From Phoronis australis (Eukaryota > Animalia > Phoronida), in NCBI GenBank assembly GCA_002633005.1, contig NMRA01000610.1, positions 23,533-87,532 of the forward strand: a stretch of 64,000 nucleotides of DNA, read 5' to 3'. The notes beneath the pieces are model-generated. The model searched no databases. It saw only the letters and a list, made by a program, of their open reading frames with translations, and was not told the origin of the DNA. A program made the position numbers and the translations under genes. Within the stretch, counting starts at the first letter, position 1. Every line of letters starts with the position of its first letter. This document shows, one piece after another, positions 50,968 to 64,000 of this stretch.

Positions 50968-53900
50968 TACGTGATATGCCAGTTGTAAGTCAAGGACTCG
51001 CTTCTACCTGGAATCGCAGCCAGAGGGGGTAGTAACAGAGAACTGTGTCAATGAATGGGGGACTTCCTACTCATCCATTACAGCTATACTAAAATGACCA
51101 AGCAGGAATTTGGACTCCCCCCTCTGGATTCATACCTTATGAGTATTGGAGCAGAGAGGTTAACTCACTGTTATATACTGTATACTTCTGGGTTAGCACT
51201 TAAAGTGACTGACTGAAAATCTCAAAAATGAGGAGTGGGGGGGTTAGCTGAGCATAGGCATTTGACAGTAATATTTTTTAAAAATTGATGCCTTGACTTG
51301 AACTGCCAATTTTGTGTTAAGGTTGTGTAGGTTCCAAAATTCGCCCAATGTTGTTGGCAACATTGTTTTCCTATGAGTGCATTTATTTACCTATTATTAG
51401 TTTGCTAAATTTTACTAAAAGACAAGTCATGGTCACGTGACCTGGTAAGTGACAGATTGGTGTAAAGTTGAAAGTCAAATTTAACACTTTCATACATATT
51501 TTTACTGAGTTAAATAATCTGTAGTTTTGTAGAAATTTCGCTAATTGCGCAGAGGTGTCAATAAGGCCCCACATAACCTTGACCTTTAATGGAGGTGGAT
51601 TGTGGTAAGCCACTTCAGTGCAATTAAGACTGAGTAGAATGAAAACTCACTGTTGGTATTAAAGCAAATTTGGGTGCTGATATTATCATTTGCAAAGGTT
51701 TGTTGTATTTTTAAAGCTTTGACTGATTAAGTTAAGCATGGGCGCATTGAAGACCATTAGCTTTTAAGAGCCAGGGAAAATTAGGGTGTTTAGGCAAGCC
51801 CAACATCGGTGTTGACCCAGCCCAGTGTGAGTAACCAGTTGTTGATTAATTTAATATAATCTTGTATTCTATTTGATGCAAATTGTTGCAAGTTAAAGTT
51901 GTGTTATTTGTGCATACTAATTTGTATTTTTATGAAAATTGTTTACTTTCATTACCAAGGATCAGTTTTTTAAGTAACTTTTTAATTATCAATAATCGAC
52001 TTGCAAAAGTCTTTCTTCTTGACAGCATAGTTCACAAGCTAACATACTTAAAAAAGAAAATCCAAGCAAAGTTTTATAGCTAATAGAGTAAAGAAACAGA
52101 ATTTGCTGCTTTGTGGGAAGAAATTCATGTTTGTGTAAGTTTTGTTGATCTCTGTAAGAAATAGCTTTTTTAGAAAAAACGCAGTCATGGTTTTGCAAAC
52201 ATCTGGGAATTGCTTTTGTGCGCATATTACTAAGATTGTGTGATCAAGGATTTTGATGATGCATAGTTATGGGTTTGTTATTTATAATGAAAACGTTATT
52301 TAAGAAGTTCGATCCTTGTTATCTGGAGGGATTTTCTGAGGTTTTGCCTTAATACGCATTTGTAGTCTGAAGTGCAGAAAACCCTCCGAATAAATATAAT
52401 ATCGTGAAAAGTGTAGTGGTTATTCATTATAACGCACTGTGCCGCCTACCTGTAGTACGCTAGACGAATATGGAGAAAACGAACCTTTGCATGCAGTGCT
52501 GTAGTGGGGCGTAGGCGCAGCCAACCACCTTTTGGCATTTGATCGTAGCGTCTACGCACCGTAAGTTACGTTCAGTGCTCATTGTGATACGGTGGGCTTT
52601 GGGCGCCTACTTACCTCTAATTTTACCATTACAGCACTGTTTGCATGCTATCCACATATAGGCTGATGTATCAGCCTGATAATTTGCTGGCGGAAGTTTT
52701 ACCCTGGTTAGATTTAATCACTTCGCAAAAGTCGAGTGGTCTGAACTTCAAATCTAGCCTATTATCAGTCACATGCACGCTGGGGAGTTTATCAAGGATT
52801 AGGGATTTCGTTGCTCCCTTGTTAAATTAAATTGATTACAGCTGCTTTACTGGTAAGCAGAGTAGCAGCGACACAATTATAATTTCATGCTAAATTTGCG
52901 TTAGCCAAGGGATGTGGTCATGGGGTGTCTGAAAGACGGGTAAACTCTTTGAAAGGCGCAATGAATTCATTTCATGCAGCGGTGATAATTGAGCGTTGTT
53001 TTGTTTTTGTAAATCCTGAGCTGTCAGAAATTCATAGCACTTTCTTAACCCTGTTTGAAAATACTCGTCAAATGTGAAAGTGTCAAATTCCTCAAACAAG
53101 TCTATAGTTAAATATGCGGCTGTAACACAAGGTAAGAATGAATATATCTATTGTTTACATGTATATATAATTGTATGATTTGCTTATAGGGATGTTTCCT
53201 CATTATTCATGTCCTAAACACACAAATTATAAACTGGTATCACATAAAATATTTCTCAACTCTTTCCTTACTCCATCGACACTTTCCAATCCTATACACC
53301 GTACCAATTTCATTGCGTCGATTTGACGACGCAAATACCTGAAAACGTGTCTTCCAGGTAAGTTACTCAAAAGCGGTACTTGTCAACCTGACGGGAAGTC
53401 ACTTTTACCTTCCAGTAAATGAACATTCTTCTGTACATTTTTGTTTTATTCATTGCATGTGAAAAATGTCATTTTTACTTTGAAAAAGAATTCCTAAAAA
53501 TTGTAGTACTTTTGATCGTGGTTGAACTTCATATTCGTGAACTCAGCACACGGGAATCCTAACTCGTACTTTTTGTCACAGCTAAGGATATCGGCCAATT
53601 AAGACATGGTCGCAAGTTTCGCTTTTAACCACAGATAATTACATTAAATCGAAAGAGAATAACAAATCTGGAACACAGGTTGTTTGCTGAATAAAAATTA
53701 CAGAGAACTGAAAGTTAAATCAATGAAGACATTTCGATGAAATCATCTGCAAGACATGCAAAATTAACCAACGTTATTTTTCGGGTGTCCGAAATTGTCG
53801 GAGAAATGCCCTGGAGTATTTTCGGTGGCTAGCGGAATACAATACTTATTAGCAAAGTACATTTCTTTCTTCGATTATGTAAGGTGCACACATTTCGGGT

Positions 53901-55258
53901 TATTGATGAACAAAAACTAGCTGACAGTGAAACAACTGGGTTGTGTGGAACTGCTAGCAAATGATGGAGTTTTCAATTCAATACGATACAGGTACAACTG
54001 TCGCCGACAATGTCGTCTGCTCGTCAGTCCTTACTGACCTATTCTGGTGAACGTTTCGCCAAATCTACCCAGAAGGAACAACGCCATCGACACCGTTTTC
54101 AGGCTTGGCAGGACTATCTTGACTTCTTGTCGACATCGCAGATCCTCCCGTAGACTCGTGACAGGCTACGCAAGTTAATATTGACGCCAAACTATTTGAG
54201 TTGCTTTGCATATTACTGAATTTAATCAGTCTTTTTCACTGCCATTTCACAAAAACGTCACGACTCGAAACAATGAAAAGAATTGTAGACTGTCAAAAAT
54301 TGTTTACGGTCTGTGCTCATCTACTTCCTTACCTATAATATTATGTCGCATATGTACATGAGAAGGAGACGGTCATGGGTGATACGTCGTTATTGTTCAT
54401 CAGTACCAGATTATTTAGTTGTTTGTCACAGCATTTTGATTTCAATTGTCACGCGGCAGTACATATATAGTCGAGAGGCCAGGGGAAATCGGGCAAAGTC
54501 TTTGGTAACTAATTCCCTGTGTAGGGCCTTTTTGTAGTCTGTGCATTAAACAAAATATCTACACCAAGTGTAGAAAAGTCGTGTATAATTCCAGAAAGCA
54601 GAAAACCCGTGAAATTTGATTTTTGACCTCATATTTGCCGGTTTTGGCTCACGTGACCACGAGTTTTAATGAATTTAGCATAAGAAGGGTGATGCGGCGA
54701 ACAGAACAAATTAACATTATTTACGCTGATCGGAGAGTCTTAAGTCCAAGTTCGCATTTCATGACGCCTAGATTTGAGCCGGTACAGCTCGAATAACAAC
54801 TTGAAATTTTGAGTACAAATTCGAACTTTGGAGCTCGGGGTAGAACTGAGTGATTCACGTAATCATGACGTGTACTCAAGTAGCGGTACTGTTGAGTTCG
54901 TCCAAAAGTAGAACCGAAAATGCCAAAACGAATTTGGAGTTCAGTTTTGAGTACAAGGTTAGAGCCCGGGCCCATATGCAGATGCCGACTAAATAACAAA
55001 TCCGCTCGACGGAAGCGACCCGCAAGGTACATATAATAAACCCAACAACCTTTAATTTGCAGTGAATGGTCCCATCTGAGACATTCGCCGAATGGCCGGG
55101 TGACACTTTAGTAAAACCAAAGCATTTTAGTACTTTCTAGTATTTATTGTCAGGCTTTAAAAGAGAGATCGTGTAGTCTCGGTAAATACTCAGCCCCTGC
55201 CTCTCCGGCTCTTCGCGGACCTTTTACTGAAAGAAATCACCGAGGACTAAAAAGAAAT

Positions 55259-55822
55259 TGTAACGGGAATCGGTGGAGCGACCAGCACCGATCTACCTAG
55301 TTTCTAAAATGTCGACTGTTCGTAGCCGATAAAAATATTTGCAGCGTTGTGTACTTTTTCACTCGTTCGAATCGCATACGAGAGAACCCTGGTGACAACT
55401 TATAAAGAGTGAAACAAGAGAGAAGTAGATAAATATACTGAATTTTATTATGCAATATATATGAAACACCAATCTACAAACTTACAACTCATCGCTAACT
55501 TCCGTCGTCATCGTAGCTTTAACTTTTAGCCCAAAGAATTTATAAACAAGAAGAATTCGCTAAAAACGTCAAAGTCCAAATTTAAAAGGCCCAAACAGCC
55601 TGAGTTAGGTTGTTTGGTTGGGATTCCTTGCGGATAGAGTCCAGACCCGGCAAAATCCGAAGTTTTAGCGCGAGGGGCCCATTTTTATAGGCTTAGTATT
55701 CGCACCGCGAATGTTCCAAATTACGCTAAAATAGGGGTCTCAAGATAAATGTGAAAACCAATCAGAATAGAACTAAAAATTTCGTCATCGGAAGTTCCAT
55801 ATAAGGAATTGACCATCTTACA
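55259..55822 (-). mobile_element. Candidate retrotransposon LTR, 564 bp
   Basis: TGTAAG...GTTACA termini on minus. In order: CArG CCTTATATGG, CCAAT, TATAAAA (about 55689), AATAAA (about 55449). Purine run AAAGGGG lies immediately 5'. No TSD. Confidence 0.5.
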
Positions 55823-56713
55823 CCCCTTTAAAATATAGTACTAACACACTCTAGCCTCTGAGACTAAACTGACGACTCATCCTTACTCACGGCTCCATCA
55901 ATAGACGGTGCTCCCGTCACACTATCAACGAGGACTAAAACTTGAAAAAAACGGGAGGCCACTTGGTTCAGGCCCACGAATTTTGCACTGATCCGCGCCG
56001 ACTCCCCGTGTGACGTTTACTCGGACTTTTTGTTTCACTTTGCCAAATTGGGGGGCTCCCCCGACCCCNNNNNNNNNNNNNNNNNNNNNNNNNNNNNNNN
56101 NNNNNNNNNNNNNNNNNNNNNNNNNNNNNNNNNNCATTTTGAAAATTTGGCAGTATGTACAGGCGAGATGTTTACTACACTTTATGGTGGAGTAATTCAG
56201 ACCACTTAATTGCGGGGTCCGATGGCATGAAGGCCGCGGCCGGGGCGAGGCCACTGAGGCCTGTCAGCGTTTCGAAGGGTTAGCTCAAGACGTTACAGAC
56301 ATCATGCATTCCGCACTCCTTTTTTGTTTTCTTTGTTCGTGTAAATGGCGAATCCTAGCCCTCTAATATTGTCTTAAACTTGCCAGTGAGTCGGCACCAG
56401 CACATAGCAGACCTCTCGGCGGTTGAAACTAGATGTCTATCATTCGCTAGATGTCGCTACAGCGCCTGCAGAAGGTCAAGGCCTTAAAAACATATTCTGC
56501 AGATCAGTCAAAAGATTTTATAGTTACCTACTTTGGGATATAGTATCTTTGCCACAGTTGCTCGAATTTCCGATGACTCATAACCATATATGTATAACAA
56601 ACATGTTTTCTTAGTAGTGAGTGGCGTCATTTGCGATCGAGGAACAGATAAACTCAAGTGCCTGCTGCCTGTGGCTGTGCAACAGACAATCATGTCCACG
56701 CACGGGCGAAAGC

Positions 56714-59700
56714 ATGTTGGATTCTATCAGTTTTCGTGGCGAAGGGAATCAGAATTTTGTCGTTGCGGATACTGCAGTCAGTACCAAGTTTTCAGTTCAT
56801 CATACCATGTCATAATCTTGGAAATGAGTTATGTAATAAGTTATCAAGAGTTGGTCACGCCGTCAAGTACAAGACTGTAGGCTAATTTGCAATTGGTCTG
56901 CTGCCCCGGCCTATGGCTATCAATATCATGATGGCAGGCGCTACCCTAGACAGTGGAGACGGTGTAACTCCTATATAAGCTTCATACGCCGGAAGATTTT
57001 TTTGGTGAATTATGCCTCACACTGATTAAACTATCAAATCAAAGTCACATTTTACCTTTTACGCATGCCTTTAGGATGATCAGGACGTCAATGTCTTTAA
57101 TTCCTTCCAACCTCAACTTCAAGTTCAACAAATACTCTTGTTATCAAACTCTCTTTGAGCAGTCCTTTGTTCGGTACCCAAAATCGGAAACTGGCCATTT
57201 TTAACACTGCGCGCAGCAGAAGGTATGATGTCATATCCACTGGCATGCCGTGCAGCCTGAGTGTAAAAATGGCCTGTTACCAATTTTGGGAACTGACCAA
57301 ATGACTGCTTGAAGAAAATCTTTGATAATGGGCGTATTTGTTCGAGTTGGAAGGAGTTAAAGACACTGACAGCCTCCTAAGGTGTCCCTTTATTTGCAAA
57401 AGGAACTTATAGCAATGTGAATTTTGATGGTTTAATCAGTGCAAGGCATATTTCGACAAAAAGCTTCTGCCATATGAAGACTCTATGGAATGGCCACCGT
57501 CTCTACTTAGATGTAGAGCCCGGCGGATGGTAGCACTATAGCGCTGCGCCTGCTTTACGCCTAAGGCTCATACACAGTACAGGTGCTCTAGAATATTTCT
57601 AAAAAGTCAGCAGGATTGTACACTTCACATTATTAACCATGGTGAGGATGACGGTGTTGGTAGTGGTCGATCCTTACACTACATTTCAAGCTCCTGGGTG
57701 GCTGTGTCACTGGCATAGGTGATGGTACATCAAATTCTATGTTGGGAGATTTTCTGAAAATTCCCTCTTAATTCTGGCAAAGCTATAAGAGTTAGAGTAC
57801 CTTATATATATATTTAGACTGTAGATATAGACACCACTGGAGGCAGTGGGGGTCCTTGAATCCCTCTAACTTGAACAAATACTCTCGCAATTAACATTTT
57901 TTTCAAATAGTCCTTCGTTCCGTCTCCAGAATTGAAGAATGGAATGCTGTTACTACCTGTGTGGTCGAGGTCAAACAGAAACATACAGAGGGTTTATGTC
58001 GAGGTCACCCGTCTGCCAGGCACTCCTAAGAGGTGACAGAACAGATGAGGGACCTGTCTATGTCCGTCACATTGTTGTGTTAGTTACAGACAGGTTTCCT
58101 TTCTGTGCTGCCACCTCTTGGTGTTATTGGCCTACAGATGACCTCCTCATGGTCCTCTGAACATTTTCACTTGACCTTAAATACAATGACTAATGGAGTT
58201 CAGGAGCCTGTTCCAAGAAACCCACTAAGTTCATTTTTAACTTAAATCCAAAGATTTGTCCAAATATTAATTAAATTAAACTTAATATCTCTTTTTTGGA
58301 ATGGACTTAAGACAGATTTAAGTTTTATTTTAAAATTGACTGAAATTTAAGGTTTGTCTTAGCTGAGTTAGTTTTCTTGGAACGGCCCTAGGTTCAATTT
58401 CGATGGAGTGTGTGGAAAAAATGTTGCTTGAGTGAGTAATTTGTTTTTAAGCTTGAACATTTTAAATACTCCAAAGGTGTCTTGTCTACACTCAGGTGCA
58501 CATAGTAACCTGACTTTGTTAGTTTAGCCAAGGTTTAATGTAATTTGCAGAAAATCTCTTGTTGTACAGGATTGATTAAGTTGTGTAGACTGCCAGGCAT
58601 TGTGCTGCCTATTGTTGCTGCAGCTTGGCATACTTAAGAAAACACTTTCAACTGTCAAAAGAACGAATAAAGCTATTAGCTGAAAGACTGTTAAAATTCT
58701 ATGTTGTAGGCTAAGTTGGTATATCGACTGCCAAAAACAAAAGCTGGGAATTGCAGCAAAGAACAGGTAAGGTTGTTCTTAGAAATATTTTCATGCGTAC
58801 ATTGAATAACGACCAAATGCAAAATTATTTTCAATGTATGATAGCCGATGAATTTTAAACCCATCTTAAGGGACCATTTTAGAAGAATGTGCATATGGTT
58901 GAATTGACCCACACGGCCTCATGTCTATAGGCCATTTTGTAGGGCCTGTGGGCTGTTTTTTTTTTGTTGTCTTTTTTGCTTCCAATTTTAATAGGCTTAT
59001 GTGCCAGATTCAAGCACTCACAGTGCTTCAATGAAAGTATTTTTGCATCAATGATGCGGAACATGCTCTGAAAATTATCCCTACGTCAGAGATGACACTG
59101 GAAAGTGCAATGCTAGTAACCTAGTATCCTCTCCCTGCCCCTCGCCCCTTTCCCTCTACAATGAACCAAGTATCACCACCTTGTGTGTGGATTCCACTTT
59201 CATTTAGCATTTGATTTTGTAGGGTGACTATGCCTCTAGCAATGAGTCTGTGAAGGCATGTGCTGACTTTCATCAGCACGTAATGAAGAAGTTGCTTGGT
59301 GAGCAGCTTGTGTGTCCTCTGGTAAGTGGCTCCCCCTGTTGGGCGATGGTGTCCATAGTTCAGTCTCCACTAGCCTTATTCCAGCCTCCCGTGTTTAGTG
59401 TGAGCTGAAAACTCTGTCAAGTTCTGGGTTGTATTGACTTCCTAAAACATTAATTTTGTTTAATGTTGCAATAATATGTTCCTCGTTAATTCTGCTGGGT
59501 GTGCAACATAATTGGGCCATTTACCAAACCGCCAGGCAGCAGTTGGATTTTGAGGTAAACCTAGTGTCATTTTTGTACTATTCTTGGTAACACCAGCACA
59601 GTATATGTGGACAGGGAAATTACAAATATGTTATTAAACACTACTCAGAGGATATCAACCTAGAATTATTAGTAATAAAAATGAAATTATTGAGATGAAT

Positions 59701-62700
59701 CTGTGTCCTTGTTGGGATGGCCAGCCTTCGTTGCTAAGTGAATCGACGTCATTTCTACGACCAGTCATGAGCCAGAAAAGTTCAGAGCCATCTAGTGTCT
59801 GCTGTCGTACTGGTCTAAGTCCTCACCTGCTTGTCTCAACTAGTAGCTCCATCTTGTGCTTGTTTACATAACTATTCTGTTTCCATTAGGCTGATAGCCA
59901 CAATGCACAGCATAAAATGACTCGTTATAGAGATAAATTTCATTAAAGAAGATAAACCTACTAATCTACAACTCGTTGACGGACCCAGCGTGTTTCCAGT
60001 TTATTGGTGGCCATATTGCTTGTAGTGCACAGACCCTCCTGTGAATAAATTTTAATTGTGTAAAGTACTACTTGATATACCAGATTTGTGTCCGATGGTT
60101 GGGGATTTGCTGACTGTATGTGTTCAAAATATGGTAATCTTCAGTTAGTACATGTATTTCGCACGTCAAGAATTATATTGAAAACTGTTGTTTTTAAAAT
60201 TTTCAAGGCAAATTACGTGGCTGCAAATTATGGATACTTTTCAGAATGTTGTTTTATACATATCTACACAATTAGCTTAAAATAGATTAACATTTTCTTA
60301 GTCTTTATACTTGGCGAAAGATTTCACAAACTACATTTCATTTCTTTACCATCATCTACGTGCTACATATTAAGATTCTGGTTGACAAGCTTTGCTGATT
60401 TTTCCCACTAGCAAGTCATTCAAGGTAATTTGTATAATCATTACAAACCATCGTAATGATCATGTGACTTCCAGTTTCTTACCGTCCATTACATGTGCGC
60501 AAAGTAGTGTCCTGTTATGCTTTGTAATCCATGTTTTGATGACATTTATTGCGTTTACCTACAATACACACTCAGTTTTTTATTTTTAAAGGAACCTGTG
60601 AATGTCTCCAAGGCCCTTATTGAGCATGTCAACACACAGTTTCAACAACAACGGGAAGGTAAATATGGCAAATTTAAGCTCAAAGAATGGTTTGTCTCAA
60701 CTGTTGTGTCCTTTTTATACATTCATGATGTGGCTCGCTGCCTGTCGCCACTCGTGTACTCTTGGTGAACAGTAGACAAAATCACAGCAACTAGTACCTG
60801 GGATTATGCATTGTGTCTCTGTGTAAAAAGTGCCCAGTGTATGTCTCATTCAGAGTGTGTTCACTGTAGGATTTGCTATATAGCCCAGTGTTTAGTTCAA
60901 CAACCCCTATATTGTAGACAATATTGTGGGCCTCAGCTCAGGGGCAATCATGTCAAATTATTCGGATAACTGTTAACTCGATACTTTTAAGGGTATTTCC
61001 TCTTTTTTGGTTTTGATTTTGTCTCATTTGATTTCCAGTTTTCTCTTTTGCGTGTCTTTTTATCATTATTTAAACTTTATTCATGCGGAAACATTTTATT
61101 CAGTTAAATTTTACTAGTACACAAAATATTTGGTAAGGTGGCAATTGCATTCTGAATTAAGAATTTTACTATTAACAGAATTAGCCAATGTTATTTTGTC
61201 TGATTGTTTTTGTCATTTGGTGTACATCTTCTTTTTGCACTATATTCGAACTCTAGGTCACACTGTGTGACCATACATGACTCTGTGATATTGATTGGGT
61301 TGATTTTCATATCTACAGTTACATGCAAATTTTCAATCTTTGTAGCTTTTCGCCTTTGCAAAGCAGTGGAGTTCAGTGACATAGCCTTAAGAATGCCTGA
61401 TCTGTGTTTCCTACCATCAGACATCCGAATGAAGTTGGGAGATGACGCAAGTGATCCAACCTTTTCATTCGAGATCAAGGTACATGTACATATAAGTCCA
61501 ACTTTACAATTGAACTGGGCTTGGCGGGAGGGGAGGGTTAACTAGTTTGCATAGTGCCTTAGAATTTTGCTAGTGAAAGTGGTCGTTTGAGGAGCCTGCT
61601 GTTAGTCATACAACTGTCCCAGTCGGACTGTGTGAGAAAACAGGCTTAACAAGGGTTTTTGCCCCTGGCTGAGAAGATACTTGTTTTATTAACCCCTATG
61701 TGTTTTGAATAAGCAAGCTCTGAACGGAAGTTCTGCACTGTGGCACTGAGGAGACATATTAAGACATCCTTCTGTCATTAATTCTCAGAAAATTATTCTT
61801 ATGAAACTTCCAGACTTTATGAACTGTTCTCCAAAACGCCATCAGAAGTTGTTTCTAATGTTTTCCATTTTTGAATGAGGGGTTATAAAAATGGCACTGT
61901 GTATAGAGAAATGCACGAAAGAAAACAAACATAAAATAAATTTACAAAACGGTTTTGTTTTTGAGCTTTCACCTATAATAATGAAATTTGGTATGTTGTT
62001 GATACTGTTAATTTGCTATGAATGTACCTAGTTTTTTGCTAAATTAAAAAACACATGGTCATGTGACCCCACTAATAGCAGGTTGGTATACATCAAAAAT
62101 GAAATCCTGCTGGTTTGCTACTTTCAGAAAATACATGCTTTTGCTAGTAAGTTAAAATCTGCAATACTTTTGTCAATAACGTCCTATGTAACCGTGTTTT
62201 ATTGTTTTGTTATTTGGTGATCAAATGTTATTGGCTGAGGTTGCTACAGAGAGTAATAATGCTTACTCGGCGCAGCAATCAAGGCCAGTAACATACCTAT
62301 AAAAACATGTAGGTATTTATACCACTTATTGACAGTAACATACCTGTAATAACATGTATGTATTTATACCGCATATTGACGACTTCAACAACATATTTCT
62401 GCTGGCTCTATTTCCTTTCCTAGGCAATGGCCGTGTCGCATACAACTTCTTGGTTTATTGCGTATGCAATGTGACATAGTTATTGCTGTATCAAGACATG
62501 TGTGATATTATAATACTTGTTAATTAGCTTAGTTGTGGTTGTCTTTTATGATCATTGTTCAACTCATGATACATAATGGTATTGATAATGGCAGGTTGAT
62601 TAATGATACTGACAACGATATTCTGTTCAGTCGCTGTCATGTTAGGTTTTGTCTTCTCAGCCGTTCCGTGTAAAATAATTATAATTGCATTTTTTGTGCT

Positions 62701-63356
62701 TTGTCAATCCAGCCAAAGTCTGGGGTCAGGGCAGTTTACAAGAGCAGTCGAGGAGATCTTGTGTGCCAGTACTGTTTGCACCAGCGTCTGTATGTAAGTA
62801 GTGTACAAATCTTCAGTAGTGCAACACTCATAGTGCAGTGTATGCTGACTCTATTCAATAGGTGGTGCTGAAGCTTTGCATTATTTGAATTTTCAGATAA
62901 CTTTATCTGCAAGTGGATATTAGTGGCCCGGGATTGTTGTTCTGCATGGTCTGCATTTCTGTCGTTAATTGTCAATCCACAGTCTCATTTGATTTACCTG
63001 TTTTTGTTTGGAATCTAATTTGAGCTTTTCAATGCAATGATTAATTTTAAAGTGGCCTAAGTTTAACATGGTGGCTCCGATGTTGGTGAAATTTTGTACG
63101 AAAGCCAAATTAGGTCTGAACACTAAGTGAAATTAAAGTTTCAATTACATCTTAACATTCAAAGGGTTTAAGGTCCTAGCTGAGAAATTGTTTTATTACC
63201 CCTACATATTATGAATAGCTGAGCCCGAAATGAGCCCATTATTACATTAATTGCCTTTTGAATCTTGGCATTTGGATTTGACTCTTGCTTTTAACAGGTT
63301 AGAAATGGCAAATATAAAAGGAAGTCGAAGTACTGTCCAGTAGAGTTATTTTCTGG
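56714..63356 (+). CDS. IPPK: Inositol-pentakisphosphate 2-kinase, 5' part (7 coding exons; gene continues beyond the window)
   Basis: Exons: 56714-56776 (MLDSISFRGEGNQNFVVA), 58710-58766 (LVYRLPK), 59223-59321 (DFHQHVMKKLLGEQLV), 60592-60658, 61346-61479 (MPDL...PTFSFEIK), 62713-62793 (PKSG...VCQYCLHQRL), 63298-63356 (KSKYCPVELFSG). Phases are consistent. GEGN, EIKPK, CxYCxHQ and YCPxxLxSG are IPK1-family motifs. Confidence 0.9.
56952..57507. mobile_element. Degenerate full-length palindromic (foldback) element, about 555 bp
   Basis: agtggagacggtg / caccgtctctact, ttatgcctcacactgattaaac / gtttaatcagtgcaaggcata, tctttaattccttccaac / gttggaaggagttaaaga and ggccatttttaacact / agtgtaaaaatggcc are nested symmetrically about roughly 57230. 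Confidence 0.75.
58203..58388. mobile_element. Small putative MITE (Harbinger-like ends)
   Basis: ggagcctgttccaagaaac ... gttttcttggaacggccc with an AT-rich ttaag core. Confidence 0.45.
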
Positions 63357-64000
63357 GTAAGAATTTAATAATTTTATCAACTTGTGCATTGAATAATTAC
63401 CTCTCGTAAATAACCACAAAAAACGTAAACATTTTGGCATTCATGATTGTTTACACCTCCTATTAACTTAAATACATTTAGCTAGAGGCGGGAAGGTGGA
63501 AAAAAGGAGTGGCAACGGAGATGTGGGGGCACAGGGCTGAGGCGAAATTGGTGACTATGGGGGCAGGGAGGGTCACAACCAAATTTAGGCATCAACCTGG
63601 GAAAGGTTGTTAAACAACCAGTGGGAGGCCACTGACAATGATTCAACTGTGCGTCAGCCATAATGAACAGAACAGGGAAGGAAAATTTGAATGCGAAGTT
63701 TTCCGTGCTAGTCTGTTTTTCCCCTAATGATGTTTTGAAGTAGAACAAAATGTGAGGACTTGTGTATATTTTAAATTATGTATATCCATGAATGCCTAGT
63801 GATTCCTTGTTCATTGTTTTCTACAGACTGAAGGAGTACTTGTCTTATAACCACTGACTATAAATTTCTAGAGATCAATTACAGTCTTCAGTCCAATAGC
63901 TATAATGGCCCTCATTCACCTTTGTGGGGAATGTTCATGTACTTTTTCATAAGGAATTTTTCGATTTAGAGGAAAATTCTGTCAAATCCCCCCTCCCTCT

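Noticed and set aside
52890-53099. Resemblance of FEEFDTFTFDEYFQTGL to the PEX39/DUF5572 N-terminal motif
   Set aside because: No KPWE motif or other supporting blocks were found; similarity is too short to call.
63826-63860. Next IPPK exon after ttttctacag
   Set aside because: The required frame reaches TGA within about 10 codons and lacks the expected QNN motif; the true exon probably lies beyond the window.

Overview
AT-rich, intron-rich animal genomic DNA from a gapped draft assembly (N-runs 3737-4285, 6654-6891, 24134, 40131-40274, 56069-56134). It is not prokaryotic; the repeat types suggest a marine invertebrate, but that is inference. Reading splice sites and reading-frame phases by hand gives four protein-coding genes: (1) the 3' end of a probable DUF1399/glycine-rich-domain (GRDP-like) gene on +, whose Gly/Cys-rich terminal exon is present in two diverged copies; (2) a complete 14-exon SLC37A3 sugar-phosphate exchanger on - (about 478 aa); (3) a complete 15-coding-exon ACOX1-like peroxisomal acyl-CoA oxidase on + (about 669 aa, ending in PTS1 ARL), head-to-head with SLC37A3 across about 200 bp; (4) the first 7 coding exons of IPPK on +. 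Introns and intergenic DNA contain MITEs of three superfamilies, a tRNA-SINE pair, LINE fragments, candidate LTRs, foldback palindromes and minisatellites. The most notable oddities are: the diverged duplicate terminal exons; a 21-bp minisatellite built from an SLC37A3 splice donor, mostly inactivated but with one intact copy whose use would add a stop codon; a Harbinger-type MITE sharing about 120 bp with the IPPK 5' leader; and likely uncollapsed haplotypes exposing a MITE presence/absence site. I found no clearly new multi-gene system. Most entries in the supplied ORF track are spurious.
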